NCBI GenBank assembly: GCA_964016885.1
Contig: CAXHJY010001203.1
Coordinates: forward strand, 1-64,000
Direction: 5' to 3'
Source: Eledone cirrhosa
Lineage: Eukaryota
Length of the DNA: 64,000 nt
Shown: one piece after another, positions 1-14,389 of the stretch
How the letters are laid out: each line of letters begins with the position of its first letter
Position numbering within the stretch: the stretch's first letter is position 1
Made by a program: the position numbers and the translations under genes
The notes under the pieces: generated by a model
Database searches by the model: none
What the model was told of the DNA's origin: nothing
Seen by the model: only the letters and a program-made list of their open reading frames with translations

Positions 1-700
<700 letters not shown>

Positions 701-753
701 TAAAATATTAAACAAATAATGAACAAACAATTCCTTATATTAAACAAAAAAAG

Positions 754-908
754 TTCACTATTTAACGATCGTTTCTAGGGTATATATGTGTTATAATTGG
801 TATGCATATTCAACAGATCTATGTATAAAATTATACAAAATTATACAAATTATCAAGATTAAATATACATACCTAACACATATATACGCCGTCTTCAGAA
901 ATAATGAA
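754..908 (-). ncRNA. Type I hammerhead ribozyme with ~116-nt stem II (family A)
   Basis: Minus strand: uucauuauuu-CUGAAGA-[long hairpin]-GAAAC-GAUC-GUU-aaauagugaa. 10-bp stem I, palindromic stem III. Confidence 0.85.
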
Positions 909-1752
909 GTATATTTATTGATAATAACAACAATTCAAAATATCAGTTCAAAATTGACCAATGAAAACACAAAGGGTTAAAAGCAGTTCGGTGTGTGTAT
1001 ATACATGTAAAATCCTTACACATATTTTACAATAATGTGTGTATAATTTGTATGCGCATACTAAAAAGATGGATGCAAACACAAAATTTCAAGGTTAATA
1101 TCTCTGTAAGCTTAATGCGCTGATAAGATGCGCATTGATACTTATGGAGTCAAGCATATAAATATATTTTTTCATACTCACACATATCAGTATAATCACA
1201 CATACATGCGCGTATATGCATAAATATACACATAACCACGAACATACAAACACACACACTCCCCCACTCACATTTATATATGTGGATATAAAATCATAAG
1301 CACATAGAAATTAAGTCACTCACATAAAACACTGGCACACACATTTTTCAAGATCAAGATACAGAAATTTGGTGGGAGGGGGGGAGGGGTCAGTATTCAA
1401 TTGTCTGAGCAGACTGCCTAATATAAATGTATCTATAAATTAAGAAAAATAAAAATAAAAAAATAAAAACAATAAAATATAATAAATATAATATAATGTA
1501 CATACACATACAGATATACATACACATACATACATGTACGCGCACATAGAGATATTTACGCATACACACATACACACATACATATACAGTCATACACACA
1601 CATACACTTACACGAACATACACATACACATATAAAAAGATATATATATACACACACACACGCGCAACACATACACACATACACATATATATAAAAAATA
1701 GATAATAAAGATATATATCCATATATATATATATATACACACACACATATAC

Positions 1753-1799
<47 letters not shown>

Positions 1800-1880
1800 T
1801 ACATACACATACATCTAAATATACATACACATACATACACACATACATGTACATACATGTACATACATATACGCACATCG

Positions 1881-1932
<52 letters not shown>

Positions 1933-2267
1933 TCACATAGACATAAAGATACATACACACACAACTTACATACACACGTATATATATATATATATAGATG
2001 TACCTTCATACATAGAATTAGTTATATAATCATACATACATATGCACCTACTTATACTCATATAAATAAATACATACGCTTCCATATATGTGTATATACA
2101 TAAAAAACAATACCACCTCACCAAACTCAGACATACAAATGAAAATAATAATAATAAAAAAACGCATATGTATATACATACACACACGCATTAATAGAGA
2201 TATATATATATACACACATACATACACATACATATATATACATACACACACACATATATACACATAC

Positions 2268-2316
<49 letters not shown>

Positions 2317-2320
2317 TAGA

Positions 2321-2359
<39 letters not shown>

Positions 2360-2449
2360 ATATATATCCACACACTCATACCACCATAAATACACATACA
2401 AACACCCACATGTATATATATATATATATCTACATACACACACGTATAC

Positions 2450-2482
<33 letters not shown>

Positions 2483-2646
2483 CACACACATAAAAAACAG
2501 ACATGCACATATATATATATATATATATTTCATTACTCTTATATATACACATATTATATATACACATACACAACCTCACTTATACACATATACACATAAG
2601 TTATATTACAATAATAATAAAGAATAATATACATATATATATATAC

Positions 2647-2678
<32 letters not shown>

Positions 2679-2793
2679 ATACATACATACACATACATAC
2701 ATACACATAAATATATACATACATAAATACACACATACGAATAAAGACATATATTCACACATAGACACCTATATATATATATATATATATATC

Positions 2794-2840
<47 letters not shown>

Positions 2841-4569
2841 ACACACACACACACACACACAGACACACATACACACTCACATATATATATATATATATAT
2901 ATGTGTGTATGTGAGTGTGCGCACATACACATACATACACACACACATACAAACACACACAAACACATACATATGCATACGTGCACACACACACACATAT
3001 ATCACATAGATACGAAGATAAACATATAAATAGAGAGACATACATATATATACACAACACATATACACATACATACATACACGCATATACATATACATAC
3101 ATATATACACATATATATATTCCTATATATACAAGCATACACATACATACACATATATACACATACATACACATATACATACTACACATTCACATACACA
3201 TACATATATAATACATATATATACATATATATACATACATATGTATGTACAATCATATATACACACACAATCTTACATTCATATTTGCATGCTCATATAT
3301 GTATTTTTATATTTAGATATAAATACCCAAACCTATATAGACACCTACCTACATATATATTCATACATAGACGCTTACAAATACAGATGATAATAGTATG
3401 GGGGAAAGGGGGGGTTTGGAGAAGGGGATCAAAGTAAATATATGTTTCAAGAAACATATAATATTTTCCGTATCTTAATTCAATGTATGTTCTTACATAT
3501 TTTCAGTGCTAGGAAATACGAAATCTATGCATCTCAAAATAAATAAGTATACCATTAATCATATGTTAACTAAACCAAAGATAGTCAACATATTGATTTC
3601 TAAGGTGTAAATTAGTTAGGTTTATAATATTTGAAGCATAATTTTGAAGTCAAACAGTAGTAGATTATTAATTACATTATAACTAAATTAAAGTTAATAA
3701 CATTATGGTATCAATATTAGGAGATGAATTTAGTAATAGGGAAAAGAAACCCAAATAAAAATAAAATAAAGTATTACATCGGTAGTAGCATATAAATTAT
3801 ATGTTAACTAAATTAAAAATTATATATTTATTTCAATAGTATACGTTAATTAGTATATGTTAATTAGGTATACAATACATAAAGCAGATATTGTATTTCA
3901 TCAATAGCATAATATAATTATATGCAAATAAAAATCAAAATTAATACGCATACATATACATATACATACACATACAACATATACATACATATACACATAT
4001 ATATATATATATATATACATATATATACATATATACATATATACACACATAAACATACATACAGATACACATACACAACACACACATATACATATACATA
4101 TACATATACATATCTTATTCAAAAAATTGCACAGAATATATTAACTAGGTATATATCCAAAACACATCCCATTCTATGATTACATGACATTCTGCAATTC
4201 GTCTGTATAAGGATACTAATTTTAAGCAAATTAAAATTAAAGTTTTAGGTTGATTAAAACTAAAACCAAATAATAAATATATTTCCAAAATGTATATTAA
4301 TTAGGTCTATAATACTAAAAATTCTTTCTCCGTCATTGGATACATGATATTATTTTGTTATATTTTATCTGTAAAAGAATTATAATAAAAGGTTTAAATA
4401 AATTAAAATTAATCTATAAATTAAATTACTAAGTATATATTAGTAATATTTAAAGGTTTTTCACAATTTATGATTACATAATATTTTCTCATCTGTAATA
4501 AAATATTAATTAAATTAAATTTATAGGTTAACTAACATTTAAATTAAATTAATTTCTAGAATAATGTTA

Positions 4570-7011
4570 TTAATTAGGTTTATAATATTTAAATGTTTTT
4601 TTTAGTTTATGATTACACGATATAATTAATTCCTGTCGTTTATTTAATAAGATATCCTTAGACTTCATTATTTCAAATAGTTCTTGGGAACATAATCTAC
4701 ATTCCTTTCTATTATTTTGATAAGGGGTGGCTCTTTTGAGCACACTCCAGGTCAAATCATATTTTATATTCTTATTTTTATAACTATTGATTTTTTCTGC
4801 TAGAGATGTTGTATTAGCCAGTGCGGCATTTTTAAAACTATGTTTGTGGGTATTAAACCTTGTCTTAAAATTGTTAGAGGTAGCTCCTATATATGAGCAA
4901 ATAGAATCTTTAGTTTTAACATTACATTTATAGACTATGTTGTTAACAAGACAATTCCCTTTTAATGGGCAGTTTGTTTTGTTTCTACAGTTACATCCTT
5001 TCGTTAATTCTGTATTTGAGGAGATATTATTGTTAATTTGATGTACTGGTGGTATACTTATGGTTTTCTTACATTTATATGCATTATATGCACTTATATT
5101 TTGTTTTATGTTATTTGTTGTAGAGTATGAGAATTTAACTGTAGACCTATTTAAGATTTGATGGTATTTGTGGTTTGGCGGGAAGTTTTTCTCAAGGATA
5201 TAAAAAAATTTTTTAGCAATATTATCCTTAACTTGTAAATTAAAAGGAGCATTATACCAAGTAACTCGTCTATTACGGTTTCTATGTTGTTTATTATTTT
5301 TATTATTTTTATAGGTTGTATCATGATTTTTACTAGGAGGATTAATGTTAATGATCCCACCACAACTATTTTTAGTTATATTTGTAGATTTAGGTGTTTT
5401 ATCTTTTTTATTAGGAGTTTTATTATTAATATTTATTATAGTTGTATGATGAGTAGTTTTTTGAGGGTTACTATACTTTATATTAGAAGATTTAGTATTT
5501 TGGGGTATATTGTGGGTGGCATTTAGGTGTGTACTTTTCATTTGGTGTTTGTTGGTAATATTATGCTGTATGCTTTCAGTATTTTTAGTAGAAGGTATAT
5601 ACTCTAATCTATTTTTGTGGCCACTTCTATCTAGAGCTTCATTATAAAAGGTCGCATTTTTATCAAATACATCTTGGTTAGAAGAAAGGTTAGAAATTCT
5701 AAGTGATATATTATATGCAAGGTTTTTAAGGATAGATTTAGGGTGATTAGATTGTGAGTGTATGTAATGTAAGTTTTGGTTAGGTTTATGGTAAGGTTGG
5801 TATATACCCGTAGCTAAATCTAAAGTTATATCTAGGAAATTTACTACTTTACTTGTTTTTTCAAAAGTAATATTAAGATTATAATAGTCTTTAAGGAAAG
5901 TTCTAATATGTTTTTTGTTTTTTTCGATTTCTGAAAGGCTAAGGTTGTTAGAAAGAAGAAGACAGTCATCACGATATAAACCACCTTTGAGGTGGGGAAA
6001 AGAGGCATTTATGTTGAAAAGGAGAAAGAGGCCCACAAGATCAGTAATTTGGGCGGAATCACTTGAACCCATAGTAATATCAAAAAGATTACTGTATGTG
6101 TTTCTGGTCCAGTATTCATTCTGAAATTCAATAAGTGTTAGTCTAGCATGTGTAATAATGTTAATGTCATCCGAAGTTAAATTAGATCTATTTTTAGCAA
6201 ATATTAATGCTTTGTTCAGGAGTATGGGTGATATAGAAGAATAGTAATTATCTATATCAAATTGTAGGAAAGAAGCAGAAGATTTAGACCTAATATTTTT
6301 AAACCAATTAATTACCTGGGAGGTGTTTTCCCAGAGTGGTAAAATAACGTATTTTCTTATTTGTGGGATGACTCTATCTAAAATTTTTTTGCTAATTATT
6401 CCAATATCTGATTTGGAGGGACATATAAGTCTAATAGAAGGATTAGAGTTAAAGTTAGATTTGTGATCTTTCAGGTTGAAGTGTGGTCTTTTCAATGCCA
6501 AAGGTTCAGTTCTATCTTCAATGTTTAGTTTTTTTACTATGTTGTGTGTTTTGTTGTTGATGTTGGTGAGTGACACATTATTAGATTTTTTATAATTTTT
6601 TCTGAGTTCTTTATATATGAACTCATTATAATGTTCAATATCCATATGATACAAGTTACCAGTTTTGTCCGAGTGGACATGGATTTTTTTAGACTTTTTT
6701 AGGTCCAATAGGGTAGAATCAAGGTCCTTTTGAAAGACGGATTTATACTTTTTAAATTTGAGGTGTTTAATTAAATTAAAAAGGTCTTTCTCGAAGTCTT
6801 CAAGTAAAAAGTTGTGTGGTGGATTCTTGTAAGTATTGAAATCATACATATATTTCCGATCTGCTTGTTTAGATTTTCTATCGAAGTGGTAGGCTCTCCA
6901 TCTAACCCTTCTGATAAAATTATTAGTTTTCTGAATCATAAGGAGTAAGAAGTCGTCCTTAGAAGGTATTGGTATGTTTTTTAAGGAGGTTCCTAAATAT
7001 TGTTTTTCCAT
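4570..7011 (-). CDS. PLE polyprotein: reverse transcriptase plus C-terminal GIY-YIG endonuclease (813 aa from first ATG)
   Basis: Open frame with N-terminal SLKNIPIPS..RRVRWRAYHF; RT motifs FLQFDIDNYYSSI, FDITMGSSDSAQITDLVG, YRDD, VNFLDITLDL; thumb YHKPNQNLHYIHSQSNHP; Cys linker CNCRNKTNCPLKGNCL; GIY-YIG NIVY..SYIGAT..FKTRF..H, CRLCSQE, LLNKR..CNH. Confidence 0.95.
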   Translation of the reverse strand: MEKQYLGTSLKNIPIPSKDDFLLLMIQKTNNFIRRVRWRAYHFDRKSKQADRKYMYDFNTYKNPPHNFLLEDFEKDLFNLIKHLKFKKYKSVFQKDLDSTLLDLKKSKKIHVHSDKTGNLYHMDIEHYNEFIYKELRKNYKKSNNVSLTNINNKTHNIVKKLNIEDRTEPLALKRPHFNLKDHKSNFNSNPSIRLICPSKSDIGIISKKILDRVIPQIRKYVILPLWENTSQVINWFKNIRSKSSASFLQFDIDNYYSSISPILLNKALIFAKNRSNLTSDDINIITHARLTLIEFQNEYWTRNTYSNLFDITMGSSDSAQITDLVGLFLLFNINASFPHLKGGLYRDDCLLLSNNLSLSEIEKNKKHIRTFLKDYYNLNITFEKTSKVVNFLDITLDLATGIYQPYHKPNQNLHYIHSQSNHPKSILKNLAYNISLRISNLSSNQDVFDKNATFYNEALDRSGHKNRLEYIPSTKNTESIQHNITNKHQMKSTHLNATHNIPQNTKSSNIKYSNPQKTTHHTTIININNKTPNKKDKTPKSTNITKNSCGGIININPPSKNHDTTYKNNKNNKQHRNRNRRVTWYNAPFNLQVKDNIAKKFFYILEKNFPPNHKYHQILNRSTVKFSYSTTNNIKQNISAYNAYKCKKTISIPPVHQINNNISSNTELTKGCNCRNKTNCPLKGNCLVNNIVYKCNVKTKDSICSYIGATSNNFKTRFNTHKHSFKNAALANTTSLAEKINSYKNKNIKYDLTWSVLKRATPYQNNRKECRLCSQELFEIMKSKDILLNKRQELIISCNHKLKKTFKYYKPN

Positions 7012-7671
7012 TGTGATATGGATGATGGACAATTGAAAGAGCTCAACTAAATGTATATGGGTTTACAAAATCATACATATATATAGACGGCGTATATATG
7101 TGTTAGGTATGTATATTTAATCTTGATAATTTGTATAATTTTGTATAATTTTGTACATAGATCTGTTGAATATGCATACCAATTATAACACATATATACC
7201 CTAGAAACGATCGTTAAATAGTGAACTTTTTTTGTTTAATATAAGGAATTGTTTGTTCATTATTTGTTTAATATTTTATCTTGACTCTGTATACCGTTTA
7301 TCTTTCACCGAAAGTGGATTTTCATTACATCTCTTCTTTCCATGATATCCGGAATACATTGAGTTCTTCATACGGATTGGACACTACCGTAAACTCTTGG
7401 TAGATTTATCTACATATATATATGTATATATATATGTATATATACATATATATATATGTATATATATGTATATATACATGTATATATATATATATATACA
7501 TGTAAATATATATGTATATATATGTATATATGCATATATATATATATATGTATATATATGTATATATACATATATATATATGTATACATATATATATATC
7601 TATATATATATATATACATATATATATATGTATATATATATATATACATATATATATATGTATATATATGA

Positions 7672-7713
<42 letters not shown>

Positions 7714-7724
7714 GTATATATATG

Positions 7725-7790
<66 letters not shown>

Positions 7791-7798
7791 CATATATG

Positions 7799-7847
<49 letters not shown>

Positions 7848-7897
7848 GTATATATATGTATATATATATATACATATATATATATACATATATATAC

Positions 7898-7930
<33 letters not shown>

Positions 7931-7943
7931 TTCATATATATAC

Positions 7944-7976
<33 letters not shown>

Positions 7977-8110
7977 CATATATATATATGTATATATATA
8001 TATATCTATATATATATATATACATATATATATATGTATATATATATATATACATATATATATATGTATATATATATATATGCATATATATATATGTATA
8101 TATATGAATA

Positions 8111-8141
<31 letters not shown>

Positions 8142-8150
8142 ATATATATG

Positions 8151-8235
<85 letters not shown>

Positions 8236-8276
8236 ATATATATATATCTATGTATATATATATATATGTATGTATG

Positions 8277-8341
<65 letters not shown>

Positions 8342-8422
8342 GTATGTATATATATATATGTATATATATATATGTATGTATATATATATGTATATATATA
8401 TATGTATGTATATATATATATG

Positions 8423-8453
<31 letters not shown>

Positions 8454-8498
8454 GTATGTATATATATATATATATATATGTATGTATATGTATGTATG

Positions 8499-8529
<31 letters not shown>

Positions 8530-8558
8530 GTATACATATATATGTATATATATATACG

Positions 8559-8590
<32 letters not shown>

Positions 8591-8673
8591 CATGTGTATA
8601 TATATATATACATATATGTATGTATATATATATATACATATATGTATATATATATATATATACATATATGTAC

Positions 8674-8962
<289 letters not shown>

Positions 8963-8969
8963 CATACAT

Positions 8970-9085
<116 letters not shown>

Positions 9086-9163
9086 TGTATATATATATAT
9101 ATATATATACACATATATGTATACATATATATATGTATATATATATGTATATATACATGTATA

Positions 9164-9219
<56 letters not shown>

Positions 9220-9290
9220 CATATATGTATATATATATATATATATACACATATATGTATACATATATATATGTATATATATATGTATAT

Positions 9291-9361
<71 letters not shown>

Positions 9362-9363
9362 TG

Positions 9364-9395
<32 letters not shown>

Positions 9396-9624
9396 TGTAT
9401 ACATATATATATGTATATATATATGTATATATACATGTATATATATATGTATATATATGTATATATACATATATATATATGTATGTATATGTATATATAC
9501 ATGTATATATGTATATATACATGTATATCTATATGTATATATATGTATATATACATATATGTATATATATGTATATGTATGTATATATGTATATATACAT
9601 GTATATATATATGTATATATATGT

Positions 9625-10214
9625 GCTACTGGTAACATGTATCCCAGTACAACCTGTCTCATGGTCGGGTCGTTGGCGTCTAAACTGGCAACCCCACCAA
9701 GGTTTCTTGGTGAGGAGGGTGACTTTGGACATCCTGCAGGACTAAAAACAAAACCTGTCAAAGGGCAAAGGTCCTCTTAAGAGTCAATGGCCATCCAAAA
9801 TCACCGGGAGAGATGACCCCTTAGCCTTTGTCAAGGCAGAATTCTAGGAGAAGGGAAAATCTGATATAACACCTGCAACCCTGATGGTATCCAATGATGT
9901 TGACTTGTTCTTCTTTTTGGTAAATATCATCTTGGTTAAGAGAGAGGGACTGGCTTTGTGCAGTGCCTTTGCTCACTATAAAAGCTTCACGGCACAGGCA
10001 TTGCTTTATATCTGGAGATCTCTCTGCACTTGTCGTCACATGGTACCAAGGGCAAAGCACTATGTGTCAATGATTGTCACAAGTGTAGTGTTTGTACCAA
10101 AGTTTTCAAGTCGCTGGCTGGACTAAAAAGTCACACTCGTTCAGCGCATCGGTAGGGGTTCTCCTACATGGATATAAAGTAGTGGCCGTACTCGAAAACG
10201 AGTTGGCAGCCACC
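9625..10214 (+). mobile_element. Bipartite RTE-LINE-derived non-autonomous element (5' UTR-like part plus 3' end)
   Basis: 10069-10155 reads [28 protein letters not shown], an RTE-type terminal C2H2 finger. 3' stem-loop gtggccgtactcgaaaacgagttggcagccac. Diverged antisense relative at 30677-31120. Confidence 0.65.
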
Positions 10215-10346
10215 ATATATATGTATATATACATATTTATATATATGTATATATATGTATATATACATATATATATATGTATACATATATATATATGTAT
10301 ATATATATATATACATATATATATATGTATATATTTATATATATAC

Positions 10347-10415
<69 letters not shown>

Positions 10416-10514
10416 TATATATTATGTATATATATGTATATATCTATATACATATATATATATGTATATATATGAATATATATATATATATATACATATA
10501 TATATGTATATATA

Positions 10515-10556
<42 letters not shown>

Positions 10557-10632
10557 CATATATGTATGTATATATATGTATATATATATACATATATATA
10601 TATATGTATATATACATATATATACATATATA

Positions 10633-10799
<167 letters not shown>

Positions 10800-10801
10800 A
10801 T

Positions 10802-10988
10802 ATATAAATTAATATATATGATGAAACACAAATACCAACATATCTGTATTTATATTGCAATATAAATACAGATATGTTGGTATTTGTGTTTCATCATATA
10901 TATTAATTTATATTTAAATGTTTTACACGGCTCAGAAATATTTCTTTCTTTGAGCTAATTTCATCGTAAAAGAATTCATTACACTTAA
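10802..10988 (+). repeat. 112-bp perfect palindrome plus 3' extension in (TA)n (probable fold-back PLE 3'-end fragment)
   Basis: 10802-10857 is the exact reverse complement of 10858-10913 (centre TTGCAA, no spacer), followed by a ~75 bp unique tail. Confidence 0.75.
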
Positions 10989-11067
10989 TATGTATATATA
11001 TATACATTTATATATATGTATATGTATATTTATATATATATGTATATATATGTATATATATATATAT

Positions 11068-11116
<49 letters not shown>

Positions 11117-11153
11117 TATATATATTATGTATATATATATAATATAAAATATG

Positions 11154-11226
<73 letters not shown>

Positions 11227-11234
11227 GTACATAT

Positions 11235-11288
<54 letters not shown>

Positions 11289-11289
11289 G

Positions 11290-11340
<51 letters not shown>

Positions 11341-11395
11341 GTATATGTATATATATATATGTATATATATATGTATATATATATATATGTATATA

Positions 11396-11439
<44 letters not shown>

Positions 11440-11603
11440 TATATATATATGTGTATATGCGTATATATATATGTGTGTATATGTGTATATATATATGTAT
11501 ATATATATATGTATGTGTATATGTATATATATATATATATATATATCTGTATGTATATATATATATATATATATATGTGTATATATATATATATATATGT
11601 GTG

Positions 11604-11644
<41 letters not shown>

Positions 11645-11883
11645 ATGTATATATATATATATATGTATGTGTATGTATATATATATATATATATGTATGT
11701 GTATGTATATATATATATATATGTATGTATATATATATATATATATATGTATGTATATGTATATATATATATATGTGTGTATATGTATGTATATATATAT
11801 GTGTATATGTATATATATATATATATATATATGTATATGTATATATATATATATGTACGTATATGTATATATATATATATATA

Positions 11884-12482
11884 TTTCCCGCCTTCACTTT
11901 ACGCCAACGTATTTATGGGTCACTTTCACGACCTTTCAGACCTGTATAAGTAGGAGTGAGGTCATATATTTTATCGTTCCTGAGGTTTTTAACCCTAGGA
12001 AAGGAAAATGCTTCTCTGATGATCTTTGTTTTTCCATTAATATCCATGTGATATCTAATGTTTTGCAAAGTGAAACTGTACAGTAAAGGCCACTCTAATA
12101 GGTAAATATTTATATTATATTTTTTAATTTTGATTAATTTACATTGTAAATTAATTTTGATTTATTTTGAAAAATTGGTTGAATTTTACTTGTTCTGCTT
12201 ATCTTGATATTAAGTTCTGGTATATCAAATTATTACCATAGAACCACCTTGAATCATAGACAACCTATGTATTTCTAGGGGTACATTGTATCCTCAGATA
12301 TATTAACTTTATTCATTAACTCCGTTATGTAGAGAAAAAATTCTGTCGTTCTATCTAGCTGCTAATTTTTTTTGGTGGCGAATATAGACAACAAGTCTAC
12401 GATTTCCCGCCTTCACTTTACACCAACGTATTTATGGGTCACTTTCACGACTTTCAGACCTGTATTAGTAGGAGTGAGGTCA
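11884..12482 (+). mobile_element. Non-coding HHR-bearing retroelement (family D), 518-bp unit with ~80-bp direct repeat
   Basis: 11884-11965 is repeated at 12402-12483. HHR at 12010-12090: gcuucu-CUGAUGA-ucuuug..caaagu-GAAA-CUGUACAG-UA-aaggc. Flanked by (TA)n. Confidence 0.75.
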
Positions 12483-12676
12483 TATATATGTATGTATATG
12501 TATATGTATATATATATATGTATATGTATATATATATGTATGTATATGTATATGTATATGTATATATATATATATGTATATGTATATGTATATATATATA
12601 TGTATATGTATATATATATGTATGTATATGTATATGTATATATATATATATGTATATGTATATGTATATATATATG

Positions 12677-12723
<47 letters not shown>

Positions 12724-12817
12724 GTATATATATATATATGTATATGTATATATATATATGTATATGTATATATATATATGTATATGTATATATATATATG
12801 TATATGTATATGTATAT

Positions 12818-12851
<34 letters not shown>

Positions 12852-12854
12852 GTG

Positions 12855-12886
<32 letters not shown>

Positions 12887-12892
12887 CACGCA

Positions 12893-12923
<31 letters not shown>

Positions 12924-13142
12924 CACGCAAAGACAGTTTATGGTATAAAACGTTTATGGTATAAAAGGAGTCGTAGACTAATGTTCTCTTAGGTGGTTCA
13001 TAGAGACGTTCTCTGGTAATGAACGAAAAAAAACGAATATAATACGTCATATGTGGACCGTGGAGAACAATAGCACGCAAAGACAAAACTACGTAAAAGG
13101 TATAGCAGAAGTCGTAGACTAAAATTCTAACTAAGAAGGAAT

Positions 13143-13403
13143 ATGACGTCACTTTCAGCTTATATCTGGAGCCTAAAAGACAACCACACCCAATATAAGT
13201 TACACTGGGAGATCCTAGCTAGGGCTAGATCGTATAACGGAAATAAAAGTCCATGTGACCTCTGCGCCGCTGAGGCCCTGGAAATACTCTACGCCGCCAC
13301 AGACCACATCTTAAACAAAAAATCTGAGGCAATTTCGGCTTGTAAACATAAATTGCACAAAACTTTCCTGTATTACAACCACACATTATACCCTAACGGA
13401 TAG
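13143..13403 (+). pseudogene. PLE GIY-YIG endonuclease C-terminal fragment
   Basis: Aligns by eye to the last ~85 aa of the family A protein (TSLA..W..L..C..C.E...LLNK..E..CxH). Confidence 0.88.
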
Positions 13404-14340
13404 TACGATCTATACGTGGATATTTTACGTCTTGATGTGGGAGCTAAGTATATGTTTTGTTTATACCATTACTTATTTGCATAGGTAAGTAAATATTACC
13501 CGTATGTTTAGTGAAGGTACGTATACCTTCTCGTACGTATATTTGATTGTTTATGGTATGGCGTATAATTTTTTTTATTCTGGTACATATGGTTTGGCTA
13601 TGTGTATACGGGAGTTTTGCGTCTGTGTGAGTATGCGGGTTCGTACGTATGTAGGGTGTGTGTATATGCGTACTTCATGTGTTGGATGACCTACGTCTCC
13701 GAACATTCGTGTATTTACATGTAGGTATGTGTGTGCGCTTGTTATATACGCATTCATTTATTTATATACGTTTATATAATTATTTATTTATTTGTATACA
13801 CGCATACACACACACACATATTTATATGTGCGTGGTTTTGTATACGTATGGTAAGTGTTTTGCGTACGTTTGTATATGTACGTATTTGTTTGCGTGTATG
13901 TATTTATTTTTTCTACTACTTCTGTATTGTATTTATCTACTTTGTTCTTAACTCTGTAGCGGAGATTCATTCGGTCTCCTAGTTAGAATTTTAGTCTACG
14001 ACTTCTGCTATACCTTTTACGTGGTTTTGTCTTTGCGTGCTATTGTTCTCCACGCTCCACATATGACGTATTATATTCGTTTTTTTCGTTCATTGCCAGA
14101 GAACGTCTCTATGAACTACCTAAGAGAACATTAGTCTACGACCTCTTTTATACCATAAACCTGGTTCTGTCTTTGCGCGTAATTGTTTTTCACCGCTCCT
14201 ATTAATGACGTTTCTTATTCGTTTTTTCCCGTTCTTTGCCAGGGAACGTTTCCACGAACCAAAGTATCGTCTTCATGTCTTCCTCCGGTTGCAACGTTTT
14301 TTGAAATATCCACTTCTGCGTTTACAGTTTGACTTTGTTA

Positions 14341-14389
14341 GTTTCAGAAGATCCCGTTAAGGGTGAAAGCAGCAATTCTTTGCTTAAAC
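14341..14389 (+). ncRNA. Hammerhead ribozyme, variant core CAGAAGA (family B)
   Basis: guuu-CAGAAGA-uccc guuaa gggu-GAAA-gcag..uugc-UU-aaac. Same core in the copies at ~15735-15785 (-) and ~31312-31362 (-). Confidence 0.75.

Larger units (their letters stand above)
701..7414 (-). mobile_element. Near full-length Penelope-like retroelement (family A, Hydra-clade-like) with long 3' UTR, 3' HHR and inverted 5' copy of the 3' end, inserted in (TA)n
   Basis: RT+GIY-YIG ORF at 4570-7011. 701-894 is the reverse complement of 7085-7278. (TA)n on both flanks. HHR at 754-908. Clade assignment is from recalled motifs, not a phylogeny. Confidence 0.9.

Noticed and set aside
4570-7011. Selenoprotein-encoding Naiad-type PLE or telomerase
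   Set aside because: The GIY-YIG is C-terminal, there is no in-frame TGA, and I found no convincing SECIS or TERT-specific motif.
13980-14260. CRISPR-like repeat array (also 29595-29850 and 49785-50030)
   Set aside because: Degenerate tandem repeats without unique spacers or cas genes, in eukaryotic TE UTRs.
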